The notes beneath the pieces were generated by a model. It saw only the letters and a list, made by a program, of their open reading frames with translations. It did not search any database and had not been told where the DNA came from. The translations under genes and the position numbers were made by a program. A stretch of 62,947 bases of DNA, the filler included, from Squatina squatina (Eukaryota), in the NCBI GenBank assembly GCA_031763465.1. It is 4 parts of 4 records of this genome, joined end to end, with 100 filler letters (N's around TTAATTAATTAA, not from the genome) between each part and the next. Parts side by side here need not be neighbours in the genome. Positions count along the whole stretch, not along the records: positions 1 to 15,319 come from JARFOE010000073.1; 3 more parts are not named here. One strand, written 5' to 3'. This document shows positions 1-12,524 of this stretch, in pieces. How positions within the stretch are numbered: position 1 is the stretch's first letter; the number at the start of each line of letters is the position of its first letter.

Positions 1-1130
1 GTTCTCCTATAGTTTGATTGCCTTCACTCTGGTGCCAACTCCTTCAGTCTGGCATGATTTCCTCAAATCTGCATTCATCTCCTTGAGTCTGAAGTCATTT
101 GCTGCACTGTCAAGTCAGGGGCTGGAGTACTTTGTGTGCGTCTCGCCTCTGCACATTGCACCTTAAGTGCCGATTTAGCTCCAAAAGATCAAGTGCCGAT
201 TTAGCGCCTCCAGAATGTGCCTCTCCTAAAAAAAATTTTTTTACTGAGTTTCGTAACATTATAGCACCTCTGCGGCCAGGCGCGATTAAGGTGCCAAATA
301 TTTTTGCAACACCTTCACAGAGACGCTATCGAATTCACCCCCCCTAGTTCCCAAAGCTCTCCACCACTGAGGGTTTTCCTCACCTCATGTCTGGGTCTGT
401 TGTGGACATATCGATAGAGATTGATCACTGTGATTGGTCAACAACTGCATTGTACCATGGGACTACAAGGATGGTAGAAGGTGAACTGGAAGGACTTGGG
501 TCTTTTTTCATCTAGCAATTCCTATGTTCCTATGATGATGGACAAACAGAAATCTGATCACCTTACAGACCCCCTGGGTCAGCGGACTCCAGATTCGAAA
601 CCTAAGCTCCAGCTACAGTTGATTGGCTGATAATTCAGGGTGAAGATCGCCAATAAGCAAAGTTTCACCAGTTTCACCCTGGCCCACTCCACATCCTCCC
701 CAAGACTTCAGCTGACCTTATCTTCTTGGATTTTAGGCTTTACGGAGCTGCCTGGCGCAGGGAAATTAAAGCTGAGGTGAGATTCTCTTTACTCAGATCC
801 GACTTTTGACATAATGGCCCTGAAATTGCGATTTCCCCGGGTGAGAATGATATCCCATGCACCCAGGGAGACATCGCAAAAGCTGGTTATGGGCTGTANN
901 NNNNNNNNNNNNNNNNNNNNNNNNNNNNNNNNNNNNNNNNNNNNNNNNNNNNNNNNNNNNNNNNNNNNNNNNNNNNNNNNNNNNNNNNNNNNNNNNNNNN
1001 NNNNNNNNNNNNNNNNNNNNNNNNNNNNNNNNNNNNNNNNNNNNNNNNNNNNNNNNNNNNNNNNNNNNNNNNNNNNNNNNNNNNNNNNNNNNNNNNNNNN
1101 NNNNNNNNNNNNNNTCTGGTGTGATCTTAC

Positions 1131-1370
1131 CTGGTCGTACATGATGATTTTGTCGGCCATGGTGTAGAGCAGGGTGGCCTGCGTGATGAGCTCTTTCTTC
1201 GCATCTTTGTTCTTTTCTTTCCGAGCCTGCTGTACATAGTAAGCGGCGAGTGTGTCCAGACAGGTCATCTGGTCCTTCTCATGATCTCGGTAATCCAGGT
1301 TTCCATCGATACGAGCGGCTTCCAGCAGCTTCACGAAATCTTCTGTCTTTCCTTGCTTGAAGTACTCGAG
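1131..1370 (-). CDS. CTR9: CTR9 (PAF1 complex TPR subunit) internal coding exon, 240 nt
   Basis: Translates [80 protein letters not shown], near-identical to the vertebrate CTR9 N-terminus. Acceptor ttaaag| and donor |GTAAG, phase 0-0. Confidence 0.97.
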
Positions 1371-2584
1371 CTTTAAGATAGAAATGTTTTTAATTTGCGT
1401 GTGACAGTAAAAAAAAATACTCCCGTAGCCTTGCGATTTGCGTGTCCTGGAATCACGCTGTGAGCAGCACATTCGAAACATAGGATCAGAAGCAGGCCAT
1501 TCAGCCTCTGCTTTGTCTCCTATCTCTCAACCAATTAGCAACCCACGTCACAAGGTTCTGTGCACTTTTATTTTTACCGATAATCTCCTGTCGAATGCCT
1601 TTCGGGAGTCCATGTAGATGACCTCCACAGACTCTCCCCCACCTACAATAGGAACAGGAGGAGGCCATTCAGCCTCTCGAGTCTGTTCTGCCATTCAAAG
1701 AGACCATGGCTAATCTGTATCCTCACTCCATGCACCCATCTTGGCTCCATGTCCCTTTCTTTATACCCTTGCCAGCAAAAATCTATCGATCTTGGATTTA
1801 AAATTATTAATTGAGCTACTAACTACTGCTTTTTGTGGGGGAAGAGTTCCAAACTTCNNNNNNNNNNNNNNNNNNNNNNNNNNNNNNNNNNNNNNNNNNN
1901 NNNNNNNNNNNNNNNNNNNNNNNNNNNNNNNNNNNNNNNNNNNNNNNNNNNNNNNNNNNNNNNNNNNNNNNNNNNNNNNNNNNNNNNNNNNNNNNNNNNN
2001 NNNNNNNNNNNNNNNNNNNNNNNNNNNNNNNNNNNNNNNNNNNNNNNNNNNNNNNNNNNNNNNNNNNNNNNNNNNNNNNNNNNNNNNNNNNNNNNNNNNN
2101 NNNNNNNNNNNNNNNNNNNNNNNNNNNNNNNNNNNNNNNNNNNNNNNNNNNNNNNNNNNNNNNNNNNNNNNNNNNNNNNNNNNNNNNNNNNNNNNNNNNN
2201 NNNNNNNNNNNNNNNNNNNNNNNNNNNNNNNNNNNNNNNNNNNNNNNNNNNNNNNNNNNNNNNNNNNNNNNNNNNNNNNNNNNNNNNNNNNNNNNNNNNN
2301 NNNNNNNNNNNNNNNNNNNNNNNNNNNNNNNNNNNNNNNNNNNNNNNNNNNNNNNNNNNNNNNNNNNNNNNNNNNNNNNNNNNNNNNNNNNNNNNNNNNN
2401 NNNNNNNNNNNNNNNNNNNNNNNNNNNNNNNNNNNNNNNNNNNNNNNNNNNNNNNNNNNNNNNNNNNNNNNNNNNNNNNNNNNNNNNNNNNNNNNNNNNN
2501 NNNNNNNNNNNNNNNNNNNNNNNNNNNNNNNNNNNNNNNNNNNNNNNNNNNNNNNNNNNNNNNNNNNNNNNNNNNNNNNNNNNN

Positions 2585-2938
<354 letters not shown>

Positions 2939-4224
2939 CTAAACAATAACGGTGAAATGTAGCTTAGTTGCGACAGGGTTTCCACATACACCTCTGCAAG
3001 CATCAACAGACCGCACTGCCAGCAGAGAAATTGCTCAAATACAACAATCGGCTAATCCTTTGCAATTCCAGAAAAGCATTTTCAGAAAAAGAGTTCCCTT
3101 CCATCTAATTAGTAGAGCACAAAGGCAGGAAATTTGAAATAAGTACAGAACACGATGGAAATTTACAATGTTGTTGTTTCTGTAAAGAGAAAAGACAGGC
3201 TAATGTTTCTGGCATGGACATTTCTTCACAACAATTTGCATTTATAGAGTGCCTTTGTTGAAGAGTAACATCCCACAGATATGAGAAAAATTAGCAAATC
3301 AGAGATTAGGAGGTAACCAAAAGCTCAGTCAAAGTGACAGAGAGATAACTGTAATAACAGCCAGTACTGTATTTATATAGTGCCTTTAACGCAAAACATC
3401 CCAAGGGGCTTCACAGGAGCATTTTCAGACAAAATTTGACACCGAGCCACAGAAGGAGATATTAGGGCAGGCGGTNNNNNNNNNNNNNNNNNNNNNNNNN
3501 NNNNNNNNNNNNNNNNNNNNNNNNNNNNNNNNNNNNNNNNNNNNNNNNNNNNNNNNNNNNNNNNNNNNNNNNNNNCACCCACATCCTGAGAATGAATTTT
3601 TTTTTTTTAAATGTCGTTTTAACTTGGTGGGTAATATTGTTGCCTCAGAGTCAGAAGTTGTGCTGCACTATTGGAGGGATCAAGCAAGTTTCCATCTGCT
3701 TGCTCAAGACAACTGTAGCACATTGTTTTTTTAAAGCAGGGAGATCTGGTCAGCATTTTTCTTTCTTCAGTACCACCAAAAGAAAACCATGTTAACTGTT
3801 TATTCATCTTATTCCTGTCTGTGGGATGTCACAGATATATTTTCCTACATAACAATTACTGCACTCCAAAAACTATTTTACTATATGAAGAGCCTTGAGA
3901 TGTTTGGAAACAATAATGTGGTACATAAATTAAAGTATTATTTTATTGTCGATCAAAGGATCTCTCCTACCAATGCTCACAGTGAGTCAAAGGAGCAGCT
4001 GGGATGTGGAGGCAGGACCCAGCCTGTCAGGACAGGAGTTGCACAATTTAGGGTAGTCAGGATTTTCCCAACCACCATTTTTTAATGTCTCTCCCTGAAT
4101 GGTATGATTTTGAACAGTGTTGCTGTATTTAAAGGCAGGTGTGAGAAGCAGCTTGCTATAATTTAGTGCAAACTGCTCCTTCTGCGAGCATTCAGGCGTG
4201 TGACTTGTGAAAAACTTCCAACAG

Positions 4225-4341
4225 GCAGCAGTGAAACCCGGCCTTCAGAAGAAGGGGCAGAAAGCTATGACGAGGCTAGTGCCTGCTCTGAGGAGGATGT
4301 GCTGAACTTCACCTTCAAGGTTTGCGACACTGAGGGCACAG
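4225..4341 (+). CDS. Probable IRAG1/MRVI1-locus exon encoding a KASH5/LRMP-like EF-hand-like N-terminal segment (117 nt)
   Basis: Open frame SSETRPSEEGAESYDEASACSEEDVLNFTFKVCDTEGT(G), acceptor caacag|, donor G|GTACGG, phase 1-1. EEDVLNFTFKVCDTEGTG resembles the recalled KASH5 motif EEQILNSTFEACDPQRTG. It lies between CTR9 and a clear IRAG1 exon, on the IRAG1 strand. Confidence 0.6.
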
Positions 4342-4507
4342 GTACGGACGGAGTCTCTAAACGTTAACATCTCCTTTTGGTGCAATTGTGTGAAATGTCC
4401 CTTTCTGNNNNNNNNNNNNNNNNNNNNNNNNNNNNNNNNNNNNNNNNNNNNNNNNNNNNNNNNNNNNNNNNNNNNNNNNNNNNNNNNNNNNNNNNNNNNN
4501 NNNNNNN

Positions 4508-4905
4508 TCTCCTTGGAGCAGAGAAGGTTGAGAGGAGATTTGATCGAGGTGTTCAAAATCATGAGGGGTCTGGACAGAGCAGATAGAGGGAAATTGTACC
4601 CATTAGCGGAAGGGTTGGGAACCAGAGGACACAGATTTAAGGTGACTGGCAAAAGAACCAAAGGCGATATGAGGAAAACATTTTTTTTGTTTAAAAACAC
4701 AGCGAGTGGTTATGATCTGGAATCACTGCCTGAAATGGTGGAGATGGCAGGTAATTGTATAAGTAGCTGAAGGAAAAAAAATTACAGGGCTACGGGGAAA
4801 GGGCAGGGAAGTGGGACTGGCTGGAAGTGCCCTTGCAGAGAGCTGGCAAAGGCTCAATGTGTCGAATGGCCTCCTTCTGTGCTGTAACCATTCTATGGTT
4901 CTATC
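4508..4905 (+). mobile_element. CR1 LINE 3' end
   Basis: SLEQRRLRGDLIEVFKIMRGLDR...GTRGHRFK is the CR1 ORF2 C-terminus, followed by the 3' tail gaatggcctccttctgtgctgt...ttctat. Confidence 0.9.
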
Positions 4906-4914
4906 CATGTAGGA

Positions 4915-5275
4915 GCATAGAAACAGGAGTAGGCCATTCAGACCCTTGAGCCTGTTCTGCCATTCAATTAGATTATAGCTGATCTGTATCTTAACTCCAT
5001 CTACCTGCCTTGGTTCTCAATACCCTTGGCTAGCAAAAATCAATCAATTTCATGTTATGAAATTTTCAATTGACCCCCAGCCTCAACAGTATTTTTGAGG
5101 AGAGAGTTCCAGATCTCCACTACCTTTGTGTGAAGAAGTGCTTCCTCACATCACCCCTAAATGGCCTACATCTAATTTTAAGGATATGGCCCCTTGTTCT
5201 GGACTCCCCCACCCCAACAGAGGAAATCGTTTCTATCTACCCCGATCAAATCCTTTCATCGTTTTAAACACCTCT
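4915..5275 (-). mobile_element. CR1 LINE 3' end (reverse)
   Basis: Reverse CR1 tail (atagaaacaggagtaggccattcag...) and terminal ORF2 remnant. A similar copy lies at about 1645-1857. Confidence 0.8.
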
Positions 5276-5834
5276 GATGTCATTAAAATGTGGATGAGCC
5301 AGTAGGCTAAAAGGTTGCAGAAAGTGAATGAGTCACAGATTTGAAAGAAGTTTTATTTTTATAATACCACATCATGTCCTCAGTACCTCCCAAAGCACTT
5401 TACAACCGGTGGATCACATTTTGAAATGTAGTCACTCGAGTTAGTAGGCAAAGTTGTACACAGTAGGGTGCCACAAACAGCAAAAAATGACCAGCATAGA
5501 CCTGTTGGGCCGAATGGCCTTTGTCATGTAAATTTTATGTATATAAAGATTAACAGGATAATCTGATAGTGGTTTTAGTTAAGGGAACATTGCTGGACAG
5601 GACACCAGGAGAATATTGCTCTTATTTGAATAGTGTCAAAGGATTTTTACATCCACCTGAACAAGATAGTTGGGACCTCGGCTTAACGTCCCAAGCAAAA
5701 GACGATGCAACACTCCGTCAGTACTGCACTGAAGTGTCAGTCCATATTGTGTTCAAGTTGAAATCCGTAGTGGGGCTTGAATAAATAGGTATATTACACG
5801 GCTGTATGTAATTCTATGTAATTTCTTTAGTGAG

Positions 5835-5939
5835 ATGTCATTAAAATGTGGATTTTGCAAGCAGACAAAGGAGGAAGTATTCAGTGGCGAACTGCTACTT
5901 TCTCGGGATAGTCAACTGGTAGTTCACCGCAGATGTCTG
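5835..5939 (+). CDS. First coding exon of a PHF6/PHF11-like extended-PHD zinc finger protein (not in ORF track)
   Basis: Acceptor atttctttag| at 5830, ATG at 5835, peptide MSLKCGFCKQTKEEVFSGELLLSRDSQLVVHRRCL, perfect donor |GTAAGT at 5940. The CxxC...HxxC pattern and exon end match PHF6 (KCGFCK...GQLLISENQKVAAHHKCM|). Confidence 0.72.
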
Positions 5940-6809
5940 GTAAGTGTTTTTTTTAATGGTTTTGGCTACGGAGAAAGGAATGGTATCTTCTTTGTTTAAA
6001 GCTTTGATATTAATTTCACAGAAATGCATGGAGCGTTAGTTGCTTAGTGGTAGCATTCCTGCTGTTGAGCCAGGAGGTGCACGAGTATTGCTCCAGACAG
6101 TCACGGCAAGTGGGGACCGGAGCTCCAGCTCTGAATTCTGGATTGACCTTTCAGTGGGACACTCGCGCTCAGTAGGTTATGGGTGCACACCCGCAGCCGC
6201 AGCGCGCCCCCCCACCCCCAACCCATCGTGTGGGTTGTGGGAGACCATAACACCCTCCAGTCAAAAAGGACTAACAACCCGATCCGGAGGTATAAAGATG
6301 GATACAGCCATGGAAGGAGCAATCACATTGTGGCCTGTCAGATCTGTGAATCCTTCCCAACACTTCACACTACTCTCCATGGAAAGAGTGTGATGATTCA
6401 AAATTCCAGGACATTAGCCTTCCTGCAAATTCCCCAATGCAGCAACAATAGCCCTCCAACCTGAGCTTTTTACTGCTGGTGAATGAATTGGGAAATATGT
6501 GACATTTTGCAAACTTTTTGGAGCATAATCAATTCTTAAATAATATAACAAACAAAAAATGCTGGAAATACTCAGCAGGTCAGGCAGCATCTGTGGAGAA
6601 AGAAACAGAGTTAACGTTTCAGGTCGATGATCCTGATCTGGGACAAAGGTTCGGCACAACATCGTGGGCCGAAGGGCCTGTTATGTGCTGTATTTTCTAT
6701 GTTCTATGTNNNNNNNNNNNNNNNNNNNNNNNNNNNNNNNNNNNNNNNNNNNNNNNNNNNNNNNNNNNNNNNNNNNNNNNNNNNNNNNNNNNNNNNNNNN
6801 NNNNNNNNN

Positions 6810-7002
6810 GACAGAGTGAGGCAGGGAGAGAGCGAGACAGAGAAGGACAGACAGAGGGAGAGTGAGACAGCAAGAGAGAGAGACAGAGGGGGAAACAGAG
6901 AGAGAGACAGAGGGGGAGACAGAGAGAGAGAACGAGACAGGGAGAGTGAGAGAGAGAGAGAGAGAGACAGAGAGAGAGTCAGGGAGAGAGAGAGAGTGAG
7001 AG
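6810..7002. repeat. Degenerate (GA)n/(GACA)n microsatellite
   Basis: Directly visible GA-rich simple repeat. Confidence 0.95.
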
Positions 7003-7637
7003 CCAACAGGACCAGATGGATATTGACCTTAAATGGTAAAAGCTCCCAGGAGTGAGAGAGAGGCTGGGCTCAGAATAGCAGGAATTAGTCCGCCACTGTG
7101 TTGTGTGTGTGTGTGCAGGGTGATCCAAATACCCGGGATCTGAGGGCTTTCATTCCACCGGCATTGAGTTGACTCGACCTTCCCGTGTCTTTTACTTCTG
7201 ACAAGGTATAGTACCTTTGCCACGAGCTCGAAAATAGAAATTGGAGGGATGCTGAAAGCAGCCCTCAGCTTTTAAAGATAAGATCCCGGTGGTGCAATTA
7301 ATTAGCTGCGCGCAGTAGTTAAGCTGTAAAAAAAAAAGAAGTTGCACTTTTTCCTGTGATTCAGCAGCTGTGTTGTTAAGTGTGTTGTGATCTGTTGGGA
7401 GCCTTTGTGTGTGCCTTGTTGCTGTGTGTCACTGAAGGGGGAAACAGCAGCAGTGAAACGATAAAGGTTGTTCGTTATAGAGCAACTTGCAGGTACAGCT
7501 CTCTGACCATAGCGTGAACTGTAAGAGGGCTGCACAGAAACGCCAGTAGGGAACACACGATCAGGAGATTGGGTGCCTCTCGTGACTGGATTGTGCATGC
7601 CCTGTTAAAGCCTCCTCCCACCTCTCTTCATCTTACC

Positions 7638-7870
7638 CATGGAGTACAAAAACAAGGAAGTTATGATAAACCTTTATAAAACACTGGTTCGGCCCGAAGT
7701 GGAGTATTGTGTCCAATTCTGGGCACCGTATTTTAAGGATGTCAAGGCCTTAGAGAGGATGCAGAGGAGATTTACGAGAATGAGTCCAGGGATGAGGGAC
7801 TTCAGTTCCGTGGACAGACAGGAGAAGCTGAGGTTGTTCTCTTTAGAGCAGAGAAGGTTCAGAGGAGATT
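7638..7870 (+). mobile_element. CR1 LINE ORF2 C-terminal fragment
   Basis: LYKTLVRPEVEYCVQFWAPYFKDVKALERMQRRFTRM...SLEQRRFRGD. Confidence 0.92.
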
Positions 7871-8127
7871 NNNNNNNNNNNNNNNNNNNNNNNNNNNNNN
7901 NNNNNNNNNNNNNNNNNNNNNNNNNNNNNNNNNNNNNNNNNNNNNNNNNNNNNNNNNNNNNNNNNNNNNNGCCAAAGGCAAAGTTTAGTGTGGGAAATGC
8001 AGTTGCCAACTCGCAGACAATGCCTCCAATGCGATTCAAGCGGCAACACTGCGAGTTATACAACCAAGATGTGGAACCCACCTGGCCCTTTAAATAACGG
8101 CAAAAAACAATGGATGGAGTTTGTCAC

Positions 8128-8393
8128 TGACCGAAAACCGGCCGGTGTCACAGCTAGTTTTAAATGTTTGGAACAGAAGTGAATTCATTGTTGCGCGGCC
8201 ATTTTGGACGCTGCGCCTGATGATGACGTCATGCACGCCACCCACTGCCTGACGCCGAGTTTGGAACGCTGCTGGAGCACTGCCCATTTAGCGCCTGTGC
8301 TGCTTCGATGTCAATTCAGCGCGGAGCCCCTTATCGCCAAAAACTCATTTACTACTCATTTTGCGCTTGCGCTGGCAGACCAATTGGGCGCCC
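8128..8393 (+). mobile_element. End of a GC-rich non-autonomous DNA transposon (related copy at 24975-25257)
   Basis: Shares gaaaa(a)ccgg...attttgg(a/g)cgctgcgcct..tgatgacgtcat...gcgc(t/c)tgcgctg..accaattggg(c/t)gcc with the second copy on another scaffold. Confidence 0.6.
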
Positions 8394-8699
8394 CTGGTCT
8401 TTGCACAATTTAACTGATTGAGTTCACCTAGTTAATGTGAAATTTATAAATATGGCCTTTTTTTTCATTAGCCATTTGCATTCTCACTATATTAGCCGCA
8501 AGACTGGCTTATACATTTTGAAGATGTTTGAATCTTTTAGCACATTTGCTGGTGTGATCCAGCATGTTGTAGCAGGCGCCTGCTTTAATCTCATTATGAT
8601 CCCTCTGCTGACTGAGTCCTGCTCACTACTGCTGCCACCTGAATCCTGCCTACAGTCATAGTGGTAGGCTTTCCTCAGCCACCAAAAGTTTATAGAAGT

Positions 8700-9032
8700 A
8701 TATAGAATTCACAGCACAGAGACAGGCCATTCAGTGCTGGTGTTTATGCCCTACACGAGCCTCCTCCCAGCATACTACATCCAACACTATCCACATAGCC
8801 TTCTATTCCTTTCTTCCTCTTGTACTTATCCAGCTTCCCCTCAAATATGCCCTTCGCCTCAACCACTCCATGTGGTAGCAAGTTCCACATTCTCACTACT
8901 TTTTCTCCTGAATTCCATATTCGGTTTATTAGTGACTATATTATTTATGTCCCCTAGTTTTGGACTCCTCACAAGTGGAAACATCTTCTCTATGTCTACC
9001 CTGTCGAACATCTTCATAATTTTAAATCTATC
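8700..9032 (-). mobile_element. CR1 LINE 3' end (reverse)
   Basis: FKIMKMFDRVDIEKMFPLV plus reverse tail. The same subfamily occurs at 11155-11420 (-) and 59415-59740 (+). Confidence 0.85.
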
Positions 9033-9132
9033 NNNNNNNNNNNNNNNNNNNNNNNNNNNNNNNNNNNNNNNNNNNNNNNNNNNNNNNNNNNNNNNNNNNN
9101 NNNNNNNNNNNNNNNNNNNNNNNNNNNNNNNN

Positions 9133-9510
9133 TGTTCCAATGAAACTCAACGCAAGCTCGAGGAACAGCACCTCATCTTTCGATTAGACACTTTACAGCC
9201 TTCTGGACTCAACATCGAGTTCAACAATTTCAAACCATGACCTCTGCCCCTATTTTTTCAGGCAGCAGCTGTTTATGATTCCCCATTGACAACATTTAGC
9301 CTCTCCTGCCTTCCACCCTGTCACAGACCTTCCCTTTTGTTCTTTCCTCCCCTCCCCTCTTTCGCTGCCTTTGCACCTGCTTAAAATCTGTTACATCTCT
9401 AACTTCTCCAGTTCTGACAAAGGGTCTCTGACCTGAAAGGTTAACCCTGTTTCTCTCTCCATGGATGCTGCCTGGCCTGCTGAGTGTTTCCAGCATTTTC
9501 TGGTTTTGCT
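9133..9510 (+). mobile_element. Penelope-like element 3' part (GIY-YIG C-terminus and terminal repeat with degenerate hammerhead)
   Basis: CSNETQRKLEEQHLIFRLDTLQPSGLNIEFNNFK is the typical PLE endonuclease end. It is followed by ttctgacaaagggtctctgacctgaaaggtt...gctgcctggcctgctgagtgtttccagca. Related short copies lie at about 6550-6635(-), 20710-20800(-), 35715-35840(+) and 56875-57170(-). Confidence 0.85.
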
Positions 9511-9651
9511 TGTTAGTAAATTGGGAGTTGAGCATCTTAACCTCTAACCTACCGAGTAATAACAAACAGTGCCGCCCGGGCAGATTCTACTCTTTCCTCC
9601 CCTCCCTTTATGATTCAGTAAAGCCGAATTCTTTATTTCCTATGTGCAAAG

Positions 9652-9774
9652 TGGGAAGCAGAATGCAGATCAGGAGACCGAGCGTCCGAGTGCAGGAGCT
9701 GTGCAGCCGGTCAAGGTCGAGATAACTAGCTCAGAGACAAAAGCCAAGATCGAAGAGGAAGCTTACAATAAAGG
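9652..9774 (+). CDS. IRAG1: IRAG1 (MRVI1) internal coding exon, 123 nt (not in ORF track)
   Basis: GKQNADQETERPSAGAVQPVKVEITSSETKAKIEEEAYNK(G) matches recalled human MRVI1 GKTNGDP...ELSQETKARMEEEAYSKG. Acceptor gcaaag|, donor GG|GTGAGA, phase 2-2. Syntenic position between CTR9 and LYVE1. Confidence 0.85.
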
Positions 9775-10456
9775 GTGAGAGTGTCCCTGTGCCTGGAGAG
9801 AGTCTGTGTACAGAATGGTTGGCTATTTATATGCGATAGGACAGCACGCACGCTCACAATCCACACAGTGTCAGCTGCCCAAAGCTGAGACTCCTCACTG
9901 TTCAGAATCAGCAAAGACATTACTGGGCTCCCAGATATCACAACAACCGCTGCCCCCATACCGCCAGGATATGGGAATCCTGTTACTCGGTGCCTGTTGG
10001 CAAAACTTTACGAATCATTTCTTGCCCTTCGTCCCAGCTGCTTGTCTTGTTCTCCTGTCGACTGCCCCCAGTCCCTGCATATTCCCCGTCTCTCCTGCCA
10101 TGTCTTCCTGCAAATCTCCATAATTGGACTCTAGGGAAGCCTTTCATGGATCTGTGGAAATAAACCCCAGGTTGCATCTGTTCCTCTTCAATTCTCAGNN
10201 NNNNNNNNNNNNNNNNNNNNNNNNNNNNNNNNNNNNNNNNNNNNNNNNNNNNNNNNNNNNNNNNNNNNNNNNNNNNNNNNNNNNNNNNNNNNNNNNNNTT
10301 AAGGTACAAATCAGCCATGATCTATTTAAATGGTGGAACAGGCTCGAGGGGCTGAATGGCTTCCTTCTGTTCCTTGGCAGCTGGCTCTTCACCAATCAGC
10401 AACAGGCAGTTACGATCGGTTTCAATGTCTAACTTTTACCTGTATCCTTTTCACAG

Positions 10457-10741
10457 ATGCCCAGAAGACGAATACCTGTGAGCCGTTCACGGTTCAGACC
10501 ACAACCGTCATGAATCCGACAGAAACGTCAGTGATGGACCTTGGTTCTGCCAGCACAGAGACCCTAACAGTTTCCAGCTCTGAACCCATCCCCTTACTGG
10601 ACAACGAAACAACTAACCTACCTCAGGAAACAAGGGCTTCTTTGATATCCTTGATCAGCACAACCCCTTGTACATCAGCGTTGCCCGAGTCAGTGATAGT
10701 GGAAGTCGAAAGAGTGTGGCGCCAGGGGATCATCTACTGGG
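10457..10741 (+). CDS. LYVE1: Probable LYVE1 Ser/Thr-rich stalk exon, 285 nt
   Basis: Branch-like tctaac, acceptor ccttttcacag|, donor G|GTGAGG, phase 1-1. (D)AQKTNTCEP resembles LYVE1 DTWTNSCIP, then a mucin-like stalk ends in WG just before the expected TM exon. Synteny with IRAG1 and AMPD3 supports it. The rest of ORF 10330-10977 is intron read-through. Confidence 0.62.
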
Positions 10742-11564
10742 GTGAGGTTCATCACGGTGCAATAATTGATGAAGTGGAAAGTCACTTAGCTTCTACAGCA
10801 AAATCTAGGTTAAACACTCGACTGCTTAACCTAGTCCAACAGATGTCTTGTCCTGTTGGGATGGAAATTGCCATGGAACGTTTTGAGGAAGAACAGAATC
10901 TTGGCCAACATTCCTCCCTCATTCAGTGGCACCAACATTGCCCCCCCCACCCCCTGCCGTTCTCCCTGCCCCAGTAAAACTGGTTATCAATTCANNNNNN
11001 NNNNNNNNNNNNNNNNNNNNNNNNNNNNNNNNNNNNNNNNNNNNNNNNNNNNNNNNNNNNNNNNNNNNNNNNNNNNNNNNNNNNNNNNNNNNNNCTCACT
11101 CTGCACAGCTCCTTATTGAATCCAGTAACAGGTTGTTTCGAAGCTGGAGATTTCATAGAATGTACAGCACGGGAACAGGCCATTCGGCCCAGCTGGTTCA
11201 TGCTGGTCTTTACGCTCCACACGAGCCTCCTCCCACCCCTCTCTCCATCACCATATCCCTCTATTCCTCTCTCCCTCATGTGTTTATCCAGCTTCCTCTT
11301 AAATGTATCTCTGCAATTCACCTCAACCCCTCCCTGTGGGAGCGAGTCCCACATTCTCATTGCTCTCTGGGTAAGGAAGTTTCTGCTGAATTCCCGATTG
11401 GATTTGTTAGTGACTATATTGTATATAGAACAGGTCGCAACGGTTGCAGGAACACAACCTGCCTGAAAGCTCCTGAAAGGGTCGACAGTTTCTCTTCGCC
11501 GGCCCCAGGTAATTACCGCTGTGGGGAGGATTGACTTATTTCTCTTTATGTCGAGTGTCCTTAC

Positions 11565-11694
11565 CTTCCTGACATTGTAGAAATCCCGATGGGGCACACC
11601 CTTCAGCTCCCGGAGTTCCGCCATTTCGTTTAACATCTCGTGCAAGTAGAACTTTGACCCCAAGAAGTTTAGCCTCCGATGGCAGTAGGTCTTC
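11565..11694 (-). CDS. AMPD3: AMP deaminase 3 internal exon (130 nt visible, abuts gap)
   Basis: [43 protein letters not shown] with donor |[22 protein letters not shown] is AMPD3-type. Confidence 0.88.
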
Positions 11695-12029
11695 NNNNNN
11701 NNNNNNNNNNNNNNNNNNNNNNNNNNNNNNNNNNNNNNNNNNNNNNNNNNNNNNNNNNNNNNNNNNNNNNNNNNNNNNNNNNNNNNNNNNNNNNAATACT
11801 AGAAGGGAAAAATGTGCAGGGCTGTGGGGAAAGAGCAGGGGGACTAATTGGAGAGCTCGTTCACAAACACAATGGGCCGAATGGCCTCCTCTGTGCTGCT
11901 AGATTCTGTGATTCAAGGTACCAGGCAGTGTTAGGCATTCCATGCAATGGAACCACAGGCCCAATGTGACTGGCCACCAGGTTCCCCTCAAAACTGTCCA
12001 TAGTCACTAACCCGTGTGGCCACATTGTC

Positions 12030-12524
<495 letters not shown>

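Noticed and set aside
10742-10977. C-terminal half of ORF 10330-10977 as a novel domain
   Set aside because: A good donor at 10742 closes a phase-consistent LYVE1-like exon. The remainder is probably intron.
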